Of a stretch of DNA of 64,000 bases, positions 52,687-64,000 are shown piece by piece. The number at the start of each line of letters is the position of its first letter. The stretch's first letter is position 1. This DNA comes from Octopus bimaculoides. Taxonomy: Eukaryota. The stretch is from contig NC_068989.1 in NCBI RefSeq assembly GCF_001194135.2, positions 8,407,949 to 8,471,948 of the forward strand. Direction: 5' to 3'. The notes beneath the pieces were generated by a model. It did no database searches. It saw only the letters and a list, made by a program, of their open reading frames with translations, and was not told where the DNA came from. Position numbers and translations under genes: made by a program.

Positions 52687-53499
52687 ATGTTATAAAACGT
52701 TGCTAGAGAAATATTGCGATATTTACAAGATTGATAAATTTAAATTACTTGAAATATGCCTGCGTGTAGGTCAACAAATGAAACTTGAACTGCTATCTAG
52801 GTTCTTGGTGAACCTACTTAAGGTCGAAACTCACCAAATTAATTTTTAGTGGATCTCACATCTCAAGACAAGTTTTGTGTCAGTTCGTGTCTATGAATGT
52901 TCGAGGCGATCAATGACCTGCAAAATAAGGGTGATTTTGAACCCACCCTTGAGACTCATTGCCGAAAAATTCATCTTGTCTCAAATCATTGAAATCAGTT
53001 ATAGAATTTACCTGGAAATACGCACAGAGAAAAAAGCTCAGTATGCATAGTTGGCTCCCTCTACAGTAACCATAGTCGCATTAGACACACCTATTTCACT
53101 TCACTGTATTTTCCAAGGTGGAACTGAAGGTGAAAGGGTTCTGCTTCAAAACGATATATGTAAATTTAGAAAATTCACAAGCATTAGAAAAGAGGATTTC
53201 TACTGCATTATGGAATTGTGGGAGACGCATTCAGTTCAATGTACATGTTTACAAAGAAAACTATTCCAAAAGAGTCTTAAATTTGAACGGGTATAATATA
53301 AGAATTATTTCTCGCCATGATTAACATGATGCTCATTCTACGTTGGTACGTTTTGCACGAGACCGAAAGGAATTGTAGAAATAACATAACACATACAATA
53401 CTCATCGCAGTTTTTAAGATTGTTTAACGATGAACTCTTGTTTCCGTCTATTGTCTGAGTCACGTGGGTTGTATGCAGTGAGTATTTTGCTATTGTTCT

Positions 53500-53714
53500 T
53501 TTATTCTTTTACGTGTTTCAGTCGATTGATTGCGATTATACTGGAGCACCGCCTTTAAGGGTTTCAGTCGAAGAAATCGACCCCAGAACTTATTCTTACT
53601 AAGCCTAGTACTTATTCTATCTTTTTTTTGCCGAACCACTAAGTTACGAAGATATAAACACACCAGCATCGGTGGTCAAGTGACTGCGGTGGGGACAAAT
53701 ACAGACATACAAAC

Positions 53715-53780
<66 letters not shown>

Positions 53781-53937
53781 GACGGGCTTCTTTCAGTTTC
53801 TGTTTATCAAATCCCCTCACAAGGGTTTGATCGGCCCGAGGCCATAGAAGAAAACACTTGCCCAAGGTGCCAAGCAGTCGGACTGAATCCAGAACCATGT
53901 GTTTGGGTTAGGAAGCAAACTTCTTACCACACAACCG
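53500..53937 (-). mobile_element. SINE family A, full length, with internal (TA)n
   Basis: Minus strand: ggttgtgtggtaagaagtttgcttcc head, ggttctggattcagtccgactgcttggcaccttgggcaagtg, core, (TA)n at about 53720-53780, 3' half ending ...caatcaatcgactgaaacac plus an A-rich tail. Confidence 0.85.
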
Positions 53938-54267
53938 TTCAAACCTTATATGCGATTACCCTATAACAAGGTAAGGCCTTTAGTAGGAGGAGTTAGGTAA
54001 GTCAAACATGAGGGTGAAACAACGCATGAAATAAAGACTAAAAAATAGAGTACTATGAAGAATGATACGGTTTAATTTTCGCGTTAGTTTTAATGCTACA
54101 TGGATGTAAGACATTAAGGAAATATAAAACGTTTTTGGATTTGGAAGTAGATACAGCAGTAGATAGGTAGATAAATGAGTAAACAAACGCAAAGGCTCGT
54201 CGAAAGATGGATTGGTAGGTAGGTGGATAGACAGACATAGAGACAGAGAGGCAGACAGCAAGCAAGC

Positions 54268-54336
<69 letters not shown>

Positions 54337-55449
54337 GAGTTTAACCTGAAGGTGATGTGTGAATTGTAGAGGTGCACTTTATGTGAGTTAGTAATACCAT
54401 TGATGTGTATATTTATAATTGGTTTCTCATCAGCTTAGTGTCGCTTTGTTGTAAATATGAGGTCGACTATCAAAATCGTTAACAAACGTGTGTGCTTCTA
54501 TATGTGTAAATTTATATATTTATAGAGAATGTATAAAAAGAATAAACAGAAAAGTGTTCGTAAATTCCAATCGAAAGAAAGATTAAATAATGTAGGTTGA
54601 TGAATGGAAAAAATAAGTTGAGAAACTAGGATTGAGAGAGATAGGCAGACGGTAAGAACAAGAGAGAAAAGAGAGTGGAGTTGTAGAGAATGAGAGCTAG
54701 AGATGATAGTGGCATATAGTTAGACGAAATAAGTATTTCAATTCATAATTCTTGAAAGTCATTATTTCGCTGCAATCCGTTTTATCTTGTTAACTCATTC
54801 TTGCATCCTTTGTAATTTTCTACTAACCTCTGATCCCATCTGAGGAAACTTCGACGAATTTCTTTCAGTATATGTTGACGAGGTTTAAATTATTAATAAC
54901 TTGGAACAATAGTCCATCAGCGAGGCATTCAAGTTAGATCAGCGCAAATATTTCAAAGACATTCCTTTAATTGGATGAATATTTAAATATATACTCATTA
55001 TCAATTATCAATGCGGTTTTTGTGTTCAACTAATGCCATTGTCATTTCCAATCTAAGCTCTTCAATTATTTTTCTTTGTGTCATATTAATCCCAATCCTG
55101 TATTTTTGTATATCTTTCAATAGCAAACATTTAGGATCTTTTCTGTATGTCATCTCCAAATAAAGATTTTTCCAGCGTAATTCATCGATTACATTCATAT
55201 CGACTCGTATTTTAAACATGGGATCGGTCTTACTCTAATAATGTCTTTTCATTTTAGAGGATTTCTTTCTGAGGTAAAAATTAAGTGAATAGAAAAGAAA
55301 CGATGGTTTTTGGCATAGCTTGCAATCAAAATTCTTCTAAGACACTTCATTCTTATCCGTTGCTATTCTCGTGCATACAATCACTTGAATTCATATTCCT
55401 TGAGCTATTTTAAAAGAGTAAATGATAAAACAGGATAGTTTTCATAATG

Positions 55450-55487
<38 letters not shown>

Positions 55488-55721
55488 CCATTATATTTAG
55501 TTATTTTATTTTATTATTTTATTCATATACACAATGATTTTCTTGGAGAGCTTAAATTACCATATAATGTATAATTACTGCTTAGAAATAGAGAAAATAT
55601 AAAGTGTAGTGACATCAATTATTCTTAAACGCCTTCGCATAACGAACAATGTTTGCGTGTGTTCATATTCTCTTCCAAGTCTTGTATGTATGCATATATG
55701 TATATTTAATACTATCGCGTG

Positions 55722-55913
55722 TGTTTATGGTTAGAGTTAAGGTTATTGACTTTCAGTCAGAATGACCGTGGGTTCAAATCGTGGACGGAAGTGCAAGCTA
55801 CATCAATGATGAAGATACTATATGGCATACAGCTGCAGTCTACTCAGCCGCAATTCTCTCACTCGTTCAGCATTCACGTCCTGGAAGTGATGCCGAGTGA
55901 ATAGGGGGTAGTG

Positions 55914-55915
<2 letters not shown>
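55722..55915 (+). mobile_element. Degenerate tRNA/CORE SINE
   Basis: tggttagagttaaggttattgactttcag head, gggttcaaatc B-box, gctgcagtctactcagccgcaa core. Confidence 0.5.
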
Positions 55916-55987
<72 letters not shown>

Positions 55988-56699
55988 CGTATGCTTTTTT
56001 TGTAAATTTCTCTTTAGACCACGATATTTTTACAGTTAATACTTTTAAAATATTCGAGCGAATTTAAATGTAAAATTTTGCTTACTATTTATTTGACAGA
56101 TATATAACGGCAAAGAATTTTAGATTAACTGGTTAACCATGTTTTCATTTATTTGCATAGTTGAATGTTCCTCTTCTAGTTGATATCATGTATTGTATCG
56201 TTTTCAAGTTTGATATTTTATTCATTGATAATTAGGTTTTGTTAAATTAACGTCACTATTTTTCCATTATATGAAGAATATTCAATTTGTCCTATTAACA
56301 GCACATTAGGTAAATTATACTTATTGAAATATTCCCTTTGTTCCGTGCATTCAAATATATGGTACTATCATGTTTTCAACGTTGACTAGTGTGGTGTTTA
56401 TCTTTCAGTTATTATTTCTGATAATTTAGTTATTATATAATCATAGACATCAAGTGTATATCATTAAATTGTTATGAAATAACCAATTGCTGCCTTCATA
56501 TAAATGAATTGTAATATTTAACAACAACAACAACAAAAGACACTGGCCAGGATGTGTGATGAATTTAATCATGTGAGTTACAGATTTCATTGCGATCTAG
56601 AGAGAAAAGTAACTGAAATATTGGTTCAAAATTGGTGTCCTCTCAAAGAGTTATCTTCGAACTGAAAGGCTTGTCTCTTACTCACGACGTCCAAAATAA

Positions 56700-56830
56700 A
56701 AAAAAAGAAGACTGAAAGAAAATCCGAAGCCAAATCACACAATATTGGCATGTTACAGGAATTTTATGCATTCGAACACGCGTTGGACTGATTGGCCACA
56801 GCCGAACACATTGTGACCCTGCTTTCTTCT
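56700..56830 (+). mobile_element. Probable 3' end of an RTE-clade LINE ORF
   Basis: ILCIRTRVGLIGHSRTHC resembles the RTE terminal zinc finger C..C.R.C.SRIGL.SH.R.H. Confidence 0.4.
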
Positions 56831-56911
56831 CGTACGGGAGATACTTGGTCATAGTCGATAACTAAGGATAAACTAGTATATTTAATACATATCAATACTA
56901 TGGGAAGTAAC

Positions 56912-57110
56912 GGAGGCGAACTGGCACGCCAGTCCAAATGCTTACTCTCATTTCATCCATCTTTACGTTCTGAGTTCAAATGCCGCTGCGTTCGACTTTG
57001 CCTTTCATCATTTCTGAGTCGATAAAATGGGCACCAATCGCACACTGGTGTCGATGTAATCGACTTACATCTCCCACCAAGTTGCTGGCCTTGTGCCAAA
57101 ATTTTAAGCC
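56912..57110 (+). mobile_element. SINE family M
   Basis: ggaggcgaactggca...acgttctgagttcaaatgccgctgcgttcgactttgcctttcatcatttctgagtcgataaaatgggcacc...gttgctggccttgtgccaaaatt. Confidence 0.85.
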
Positions 57111-58399
57111 CGTACTATAGGAAATACACAAGAGTGCTATAAAATAGACTCATCAGTTATTGGTCCCTGTTGTTGGTGTTGGTGCCATTACTACTTGTGC
57201 TGTTCTCGCTGTTAATAATATTGTCTTTACTACTGCAACCGTGGCTTTTACCATTAGCCTTATTGTTTTTGTTGTGGTTGTTCACATGCAAATATTCTGT
57301 AATGAATTTGGTTGTGGTGAGAGTCATACTCTGTCGAACCTAGTCGCTGAATCTGAAAGTAGGCATATCTGAGTCCATAATTCGAACGGAAATAAAAGGA
57401 AAAACACAATGACACTAGCAAAAATAAAATATAGACATATTGCGCTCTTCAGGGCAGAGTTTGGCAGTAACTCTTTTCACACAGTTTAATTAATGTTTTA
57501 ACAAAAATACACAACAGTAAACACGATGCTTCCACCAAAATTTAACATGCATCTATTGGTCGACATGGTATACGTTCGGCAGAAACAATAAGAATGAAAG
57601 TGGAAAAGAAAAAAACAATAATGACATTAATAATGATGATGGTGGTGAAGATGATGACCATGATGATGATAAGAAGAGAAGAGGAAATAGAAGAACAACA
57701 GAAACAACGTCAACATCAGCTAAAACAACAACAATAGGAAAGAGAAGATGGGGAGGCAGTGATAACAATAAGAATCATGACTATAAGTACACTAATCTCC
57801 GTTGTGTTTTGCAGTATATCAATTCTGAGTTTGAAAGCAAGTGTATTATGTAAAACAAAACAACACTTCCCAGAAGCAGTGGCGTGAAAACAATGATAAA
57901 CGTATAGAGAAGAAAATAAATACTGTTTCTCAGATTGTGTATACCCGAAGAAGAAAGAAAAATGAAAATAAAGACATCTTATACAATCACAGGACTAAAT
58001 GACTCAAAATAGCTTTTAAATCATTAATTATGTAACAAAAAAACTATGCATTTTTTTTTTCTAAAACATATAGAACACTTTTCGTCTGAAACAATTGAAT
58101 ATTCTACATAGATACACAAACGATCGATCTCATTGTTATGTGGGACAGTTAGCGGGCGAGAAATCTGAAGTAAATAAGCATTATCTTTCCACTATAAATA
58201 TTTATAGATAATACAATTGAAGGGTGACAACTCTAAATTAACCCCTAAAAAAACTGTGGCGTAAAGATAGGTTAAACAATAAGAAGAAGAAAATAATTGA
58301 TAACGTTATCAGCTTTTTTCAGAAATACATAAAATAATGTACATTTATTATTATAACAACAATAAATAATAATAATAATAATATCATAATCATTATTAT

Positions 58400-59390
58400 T
58401 ACTATTATTATTATTATTATTATTATATTGTTTCAGTATTTCTTATTACATGCTTTCTTTGTACAGTCACATGCATCTCTTTGTGCCTTGGGTATATGAA
58501 TTGTTTTGAATTGGCTTTGTGTTTCTTTTCAAGTTGACATATCTCTATGGAATGTGTGTAGAGCCTAACAAGGCCATTTTCCCCACATGCTGCATATTTT
58601 AAAACACATGTTGGTTATGTATTTATCTTCATGATTTTTAATCATCACCAACAGACTTATTGTTATACGGATTTTTATTATTTCTGTTTTCAATCCTCAC
58701 ACACTGGTCATCTCTATTCCCTGATCTTTACATTCGGATAGTTTCCCCTTTTGGAGAAACATTATCTCCTGTTCTGAATGGTATTTCAGATGGAAAACAC
58801 GTCTTTTCCTCCAGTTCATTTGTCAACGATACCCTTCGATAAATTATGATACCGTAGTATATATGGATTCGCATATCCCCAAAAATGCTCGCTTTTTTAT
58901 TCTCTGATATATCTTCTTAAGTATGTCTAAAACATACTTTTCTGATGTATTTAATAATACTGGCATAATTTCCAGCATATGAAAGTAACAATTCCGCTCT
59001 AGTTGTACATGGGTATATATCTTCTCTATGACTGAACTGTCAAACAGAAAAGCCAAATATGAGTAATAGTTTCTTCCTCACCCTCTCAGATATTCTGCAA
59101 TGATATTCTTTGGGATATATCTGGTGGAGAAAGCTCTACGCTACACTTCAAATACTGCTTTCCTACTCTCTTTTCAGTGTTCTTCATCTAGTTTCAAAAG
59201 TGTAATTTCTCACCTGAGTCTGTTTTTTTATATTGCTTTTTGAGTCTATTGATTATTTGTTATTTCGGTGCATATTCAGTGGTTATTTCTGGGAAATGGT
59301 ACTAATGTTTCTTGCATTTCTTGATGAGGAGCCTGCTTGATTATTTGTATCATGTTTTTCTGACATTTCTATTGGATTGTTCATCTATTG
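58400..59390 (-). mobile_element. 3' fragment of an R4/Dong-like RLE LINE with (TAA)n tail
   Basis: Minus strand with frameshifts: CRIS..GEEETITHI (CCHC knuckle, about 59057-59099), ICWKLCQYY, FGDMRIH, EKTCF..I....DNVS.K, KDQGIEMTSV*GLKTEI, GKMALLGSTHI (58551-58583), then a 3' UTR and (ata)n at 58400-58428. Confidence 0.85.
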
Positions 59391-59461
59391 GATTTCTCTG
59401 TTAATCAACGTAAGGCTATATATATATATATATAATTTGTCTAAACATATTTCGTTGACAA

Positions 59462-59673
59462 GTCGGCGAGTTGGCAGAAGCGTTAGCACGCCGGGCGAAA
59501 TGTTTGGCAGTATTTCCTCTATCTTTAAGTTCTGAGTTCAAATTCTGCCGAGATCGACTTTGCCTTTCATCCTTTCGGGGTGGAAAAATTAAGTACTAGT
59601 TGCGTTCTGGGGTCGATCTAATCGACTAGCCCCCTCCTCTCAAATTTCGGGCCTTGTGCCTAGAGTAGAAAAG
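59462..59673 (+). mobile_element. SINE family M, well preserved, with TSD
   Basis: Complete head, core and tail; 15-bp TSD with 1 mismatch (59444-59458 aacatatttcgttga / 59674-59688 aacatgtttcgttga). Confidence 0.9.
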
Positions 59674-60218
59674 AACATGTTTCGTTGATTAAAAATAGCT
59701 GCCTGGTTCATATTGCATTGCAAAACATTGATGTTCAAAGTAGGAATATATTTTTTAATATGTTCATGCGAATATTGTTCCGGTCAAGGTTAGAAGATTT
59801 TAAAGATTTACTTGTGCGTGTATTTTATTAGTAGAGTCAAGTTATATTTGTTGCTTATCATCCTTATAGTTATTGGCTGTAAAAATCCTAATTTGGTGTA
59901 AAATTAAAGACATGTATTTAGGAACGATCTTAGGAATATCTCAGTTTGTAAATGTTACTTCATGGTTGAGTGACGTTTTGCTAATGTTGTGAATTTTGTT
60001 TCGGGCAAAGTGAAAGCTTCAAAGGTTTGTTTATTGAATTTGTCAAACTGATTAAATATTTTTGTTTCTTTCTTTCACTGGAGAATGATGGATTGATACC
60101 TGTTACTATATCTGGTTCAATGCAGACTGTATTGCGATTTCTAAATTATAAAATTTTAAGTATGTTTTACGTGGGTGTACCTTAGTCAACCCTTGTTTAT
60201 ATATTGTATATTTTTACA

Positions 60219-60462
60219 CAGCGTTAGCCAAAAGTCACTCGACAGTAAATCAAAATTCCATAAATACTTAATATTCAATTTTATTTATTCATTTCAATAA
60301 ATGAACGATTAATAATAGAATGCCGTGAGTTAAAATCACCGCTTTTCTTTTCAAAATTTTTTCTCTATTTATTAGCGAAGTCTCATATAAAATAATTTTT
60401 TGCTTTAATCTTGGAATTAGAGGGGTTTCGATTTACTGTCAGGTGACTTTTGGCCAACCCTG
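60219..60462. mobile_element. Tc1/mariner-type MITE (244 bp)
   Basis: TIRs cagcgttagccaaaagtcactcgacagtaaatcaaaa and the reverse complement of tttcgatttactgtcaggtgacttttggccaaccctg; TA follows the right end; AT-rich non-coding interior. Confidence 0.85.
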
Positions 60463-62125
60463 TATATGTTACATTATGTTTGTATATATATGTGTGCGTT
60501 CACGTCTTTATGTATTGTCTGAGGCTTGTCCTCTCTGACTCATAGTATGTAGATGTGTATTTATTTCGGGTTGCTCAACTCCTTTAGTGTCGATATTTTA
60601 TGTGCGTGATTATATTATTGTGAGTTTTTGATGGCTTCGGTAGTTACCTTAGACAGTCTGGCGTTGATGTTTAAATTTATAAATATATAAATCGCCATAG
60701 CTAACTAGATTCCAATGATAATGATCAGATAACATTTTGGGTGATTGTAGAATGAATATGAGGTGTCACCATATCGGATTTTGGTAGTGTCATCATTTCT
60801 GTTGTAAATGTTAGTAAATTCTAAATACGATGAAAAGGGTTATAAATCAGTAAGCACTAAAAAGCCACGAAAATATTAATAAAATTTCTAAGAGAGTTTT
60901 CCTAATATTGACCATTATCCTTATGGATGAAGTAAAGTACTTCTGTATTAATCTAGTGAAGCTTCTTATTCATATTCATATTCTTCCCCCCGCCATTAGT
61001 TTACGCCACTAATAAATCCAAGTGCGCTTGCACCAAACTTACTTGCATAGCTTTCAACTGCCGTAGTGCTCCGTGTATAGGTGAAAGAGGAACCATTGAT
61101 ATTCATTGTGATCATTCGGCATGAATGTCGGTGGTTTCTTAATCAAAACAAAATGTCTGCCGCAACGTGACTAACACCTTAGACGAAGTAGTAGATATTC
61201 AAGTATACCTCTCTTGCAATTGGTCGCCATCTTTATCTTAAATATAATATCATTTCTTCAATTTTGTATACGAATTAAATATAGTTTATATCGTGGACTA
61301 TTCACATTTTGACTTATTTATCATTTTTGCCAAATTATACTTATTTTAAAGTTTAGCATTCATAAACGTAATACCGCATCATTTTGTTTCCCAAGGTTAT
61401 AGAGCTCACTATTTTATTTCATATTAGGAATATTTTTGAACATCTTATTGAAATGTTGCTTAGATAATTGTCGCTTAGATACGTAGATCATATTTTAGTT
61501 ACATTTATTTATAACACGAAAGGTTAGACGGCATTTCTGGAATGAATCAAATGCTAGACTTGCGATTTAAAACAATGATTTTAAAAAAATAATCCAAAAT
61601 TATTCGGAAAATATATCTTTATAGAAATACATTGAATTATTAAACTGTTCATCCTATATGCAATATTTAATAAGTACTATCACGATTTTCATTTAAATAT
61701 AGACTGAAATTTTAAAAAAAATATATTAATGACAAGTATATTTTTCATTCACAATGGTACACTGATTTATTTTTTTGTGCAATTCAATTTACAGATATGA
61801 ATTATGAAATTGTAGTACTTTATTAAATAAAACTTGTCAAACTTAGTCTATAAACGAATCGTCATAAGTAGTCGCTTAATATTTAATATGAACGTTAAGA
61901 TTTAGTGGGTTCCGATTATTCTGATATATGTCCATGTTGCTACTGTCGTTGTGATGTTGTCGTTGTTGTAGTTGCTGTTGTTGTTCCATTGTTGATTAGT
62001 TTTCGTCTGTCATCAGATGAAACATGAAGGGTTTCAAGAAATCGATCCGTAAAATCTTTTATGTATTTCTAAGAAGTTTCGAACAAAATAAATTCTTTTG
62101 TTATCTATCGTATATTTGAGATTTG

Positions 62126-62215
62126 TCTTCTTCTTCTTCTTCTTCTTCTTCTTCTTCTTCTTCTTCTTCTTCTTCTTCTTCTTCTTCTTCTTCTTCTTCT
62201 TCTTCTTCTTCTTCT
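62126..62215. repeat. (TTC)n microsatellite
   Basis: Direct reading; explains the poly-S ORF. Confidence 0.95.
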
Positions 62216-62589
62216 AATTCATTATTATTATCTTCATCATCATCATTGTCATCATCATCATCACCATTATTATTATTATTAGTTTGCTATTTAGAAATAT
62301 CTGTAAATGAAACCAGACAAATATTTCTTTCGATTTATAACTAACGAATTTTCCCCCAAACAATCAATATGAAGATATTCGGTACTTCAAATGGAAAAAA
62401 AAAAAACTTTACAAAATCAATATTCTAGAGTTTTTAATCCTCTGTAATCTTTTACAGTTTCTGTTGAAATGTTACAGCAACTGGTCTTCCTAAGTTAACC
62501 AACTGCAGAATTTACACAAACATTAGTGAGGATTCAGTACAAAGACTATGTTGCGCAGAGGAGAATTAGTAAAAACTTAAACTGTCATA

Positions 62590-62950
62590 GCTGTATGATT
62601 GAAAACCTCGGTTTGCAGCTATATGATTTTTGGTTCAATCCAACTGCGCGGTAGTTTGTGCAAATGGCTTCTAATATAGCTTCGGGCCGACCAATACCGT
62701 GTGACGGAAATTTGGTAGAGGAAAACTGAATTAGATCGCAACATATATATCTATAAATATATAAATATGTATGTTAGTTTGTTTATGTCCCTATAAACAA
62801 ATTTACAGTGAACCGTTGTGAATGAGTGTGAATAGGTAAAAAGGTAAATACCTGACTTAAAAATAAGTACTGCGATCGTTATGTTCAAGTAAACCCTTCA
62901 ATATGTTACTCCAGTATGGGCGTGGTGCTATCACTGACAATATCTAAAGA
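62590..62950 (+). mobile_element. SINE family A, degenerate
   Basis: ggttcaatccaactgcgcggtagtttgtgcaaatggcttctaatatagcttcgggccgaccaa...atttggtagaggaaaactgaa, and later aaaaataagtactgcgatcg...aaacccttcaa...ctccagtatgg. Confidence 0.65.
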
Positions 62951-64000
62951 TAAAGGATAAAACATAAATATTCTTTCTAAACAAGATTTTGATAGGACTT
63001 CGTATATACATTTAAGCCTGCGACGTATAAAAAATTGTAGTTTTTTACTTCATTCAATAAAGGCCGCATTTACTAGGATTTAAGCTTATAATCCGTAATC
63101 CGTTGAAAACTTGGGGTACATAACTAGAGAAAGATTTTGATGGGTGTATACAGATATCCAACTTATGAATATGTAACCGAAATATTTCAAGTCTGTAGTC
63201 TTATATTACTAAACGTTATAAATAATTTAACTAAAACAATAAACTTTGTTTTTATGATAGTATAACGCAGATTTCATATGAAGAACAATTAGGTTAACAC
63301 CCATTCATTAATAGATGACTCACTCATGATACTAGACTTTAAAATCAATATGGCGAAAAATGCGTTTACTTTTTAATATCTAGAACAAGAATTTGAACAT
63401 AAAAGCGCGGGTACAGCAACAAGGTTACTTCCCAACCAAATGGTTCCGCAATCTTATACAATATAACGCCACATGAGCAAAGCGTTAAACTTAAGTGCTT
63501 AGTTCGCTCCCTTAATAGATTAAATAAGTACCAAGTACAGAAAGTAAGTCTATTCCATCGAATACATCCTGTCCTGTAATTTATGATTGTGTTTCAACGC
63601 ACAATACGAATTCTTTCAAAGGGAAAACGAAATGATTTCTTTTAGATGGTAGAAAATAGTGAAAAGTGATAAAATTCATGGAACATACTTGTAATAAAAT
63701 AAACAAAGATTCGTTATTTCTTCAATATATATTCCATTACACTTCGAAAGTAGTGATATCAATTTTAGTTTCATTTTAGATCGTTATTATTTTGGTTCGA
63801 ATTTTGTTTGATTAACGACACGCTAAGTACATTTATCTGTGCTGATAGTACTAATAGCCAAATTTTCGCCGAAATACAATCATCAATATCAAATATTTCC
63901 CTTATCAATAGCGGCCAATTTTCATATCAACCATTTTATCACTGAAACAATGGGTGTACTTCGTCTAATAGCTAATGGTGTAAAATTTGCTTATGTGTAA

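Noticed and set aside
53051-53210. Ig-like reading (ISLHC...RKEDFYC)
   Set aside because: The cysteines are only about 32 residues apart and the core Trp is missing.

Overview
AT-rich, repeat-dense, non-genic or intronic metazoan DNA with about 15 N-gaps and dozens of microsatellites. The SINE families resemble octopus tRNA-derived SINEs, so a coleoid cephalopod, probably Octopus, is inferred but not proven. No intact host gene is recognisable. Nearly all supplied ORFs are microsatellite or N-gap artefacts, or antisense to transposon relics; a few splice-flanked candidate exons are given at low confidence. The window holds many TE relics: Tc1 and mariner remnants and MITEs, HERO-like and R4/Dong-like restriction-like-endonuclease (RLE) LINE fragments, RTE-like fragments, two different decayed Penelope-like elements (PLEs) and at least four tRNA-headed SINE families. 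The most interesting signal is a PLE-linked non-autonomous system. (1) A tRNA-headed SINE at 18868-19133 (-) carries an internal minimal hammerhead ribozyme and a PLE-like 3' end, has no poly(A), and is flanked by a perfect 12-bp target-site duplication (TSD). (2) A second insertion at 52564-52686, also with a 12-bp TSD, consists only of the sequence downstream of the predicted ribozyme cleavage site plus a fold-back copy of it. (3) A larger 188-bp fold-back at 37730-37917 may share this architecture. All family names come from motif recognition, not from database searches.
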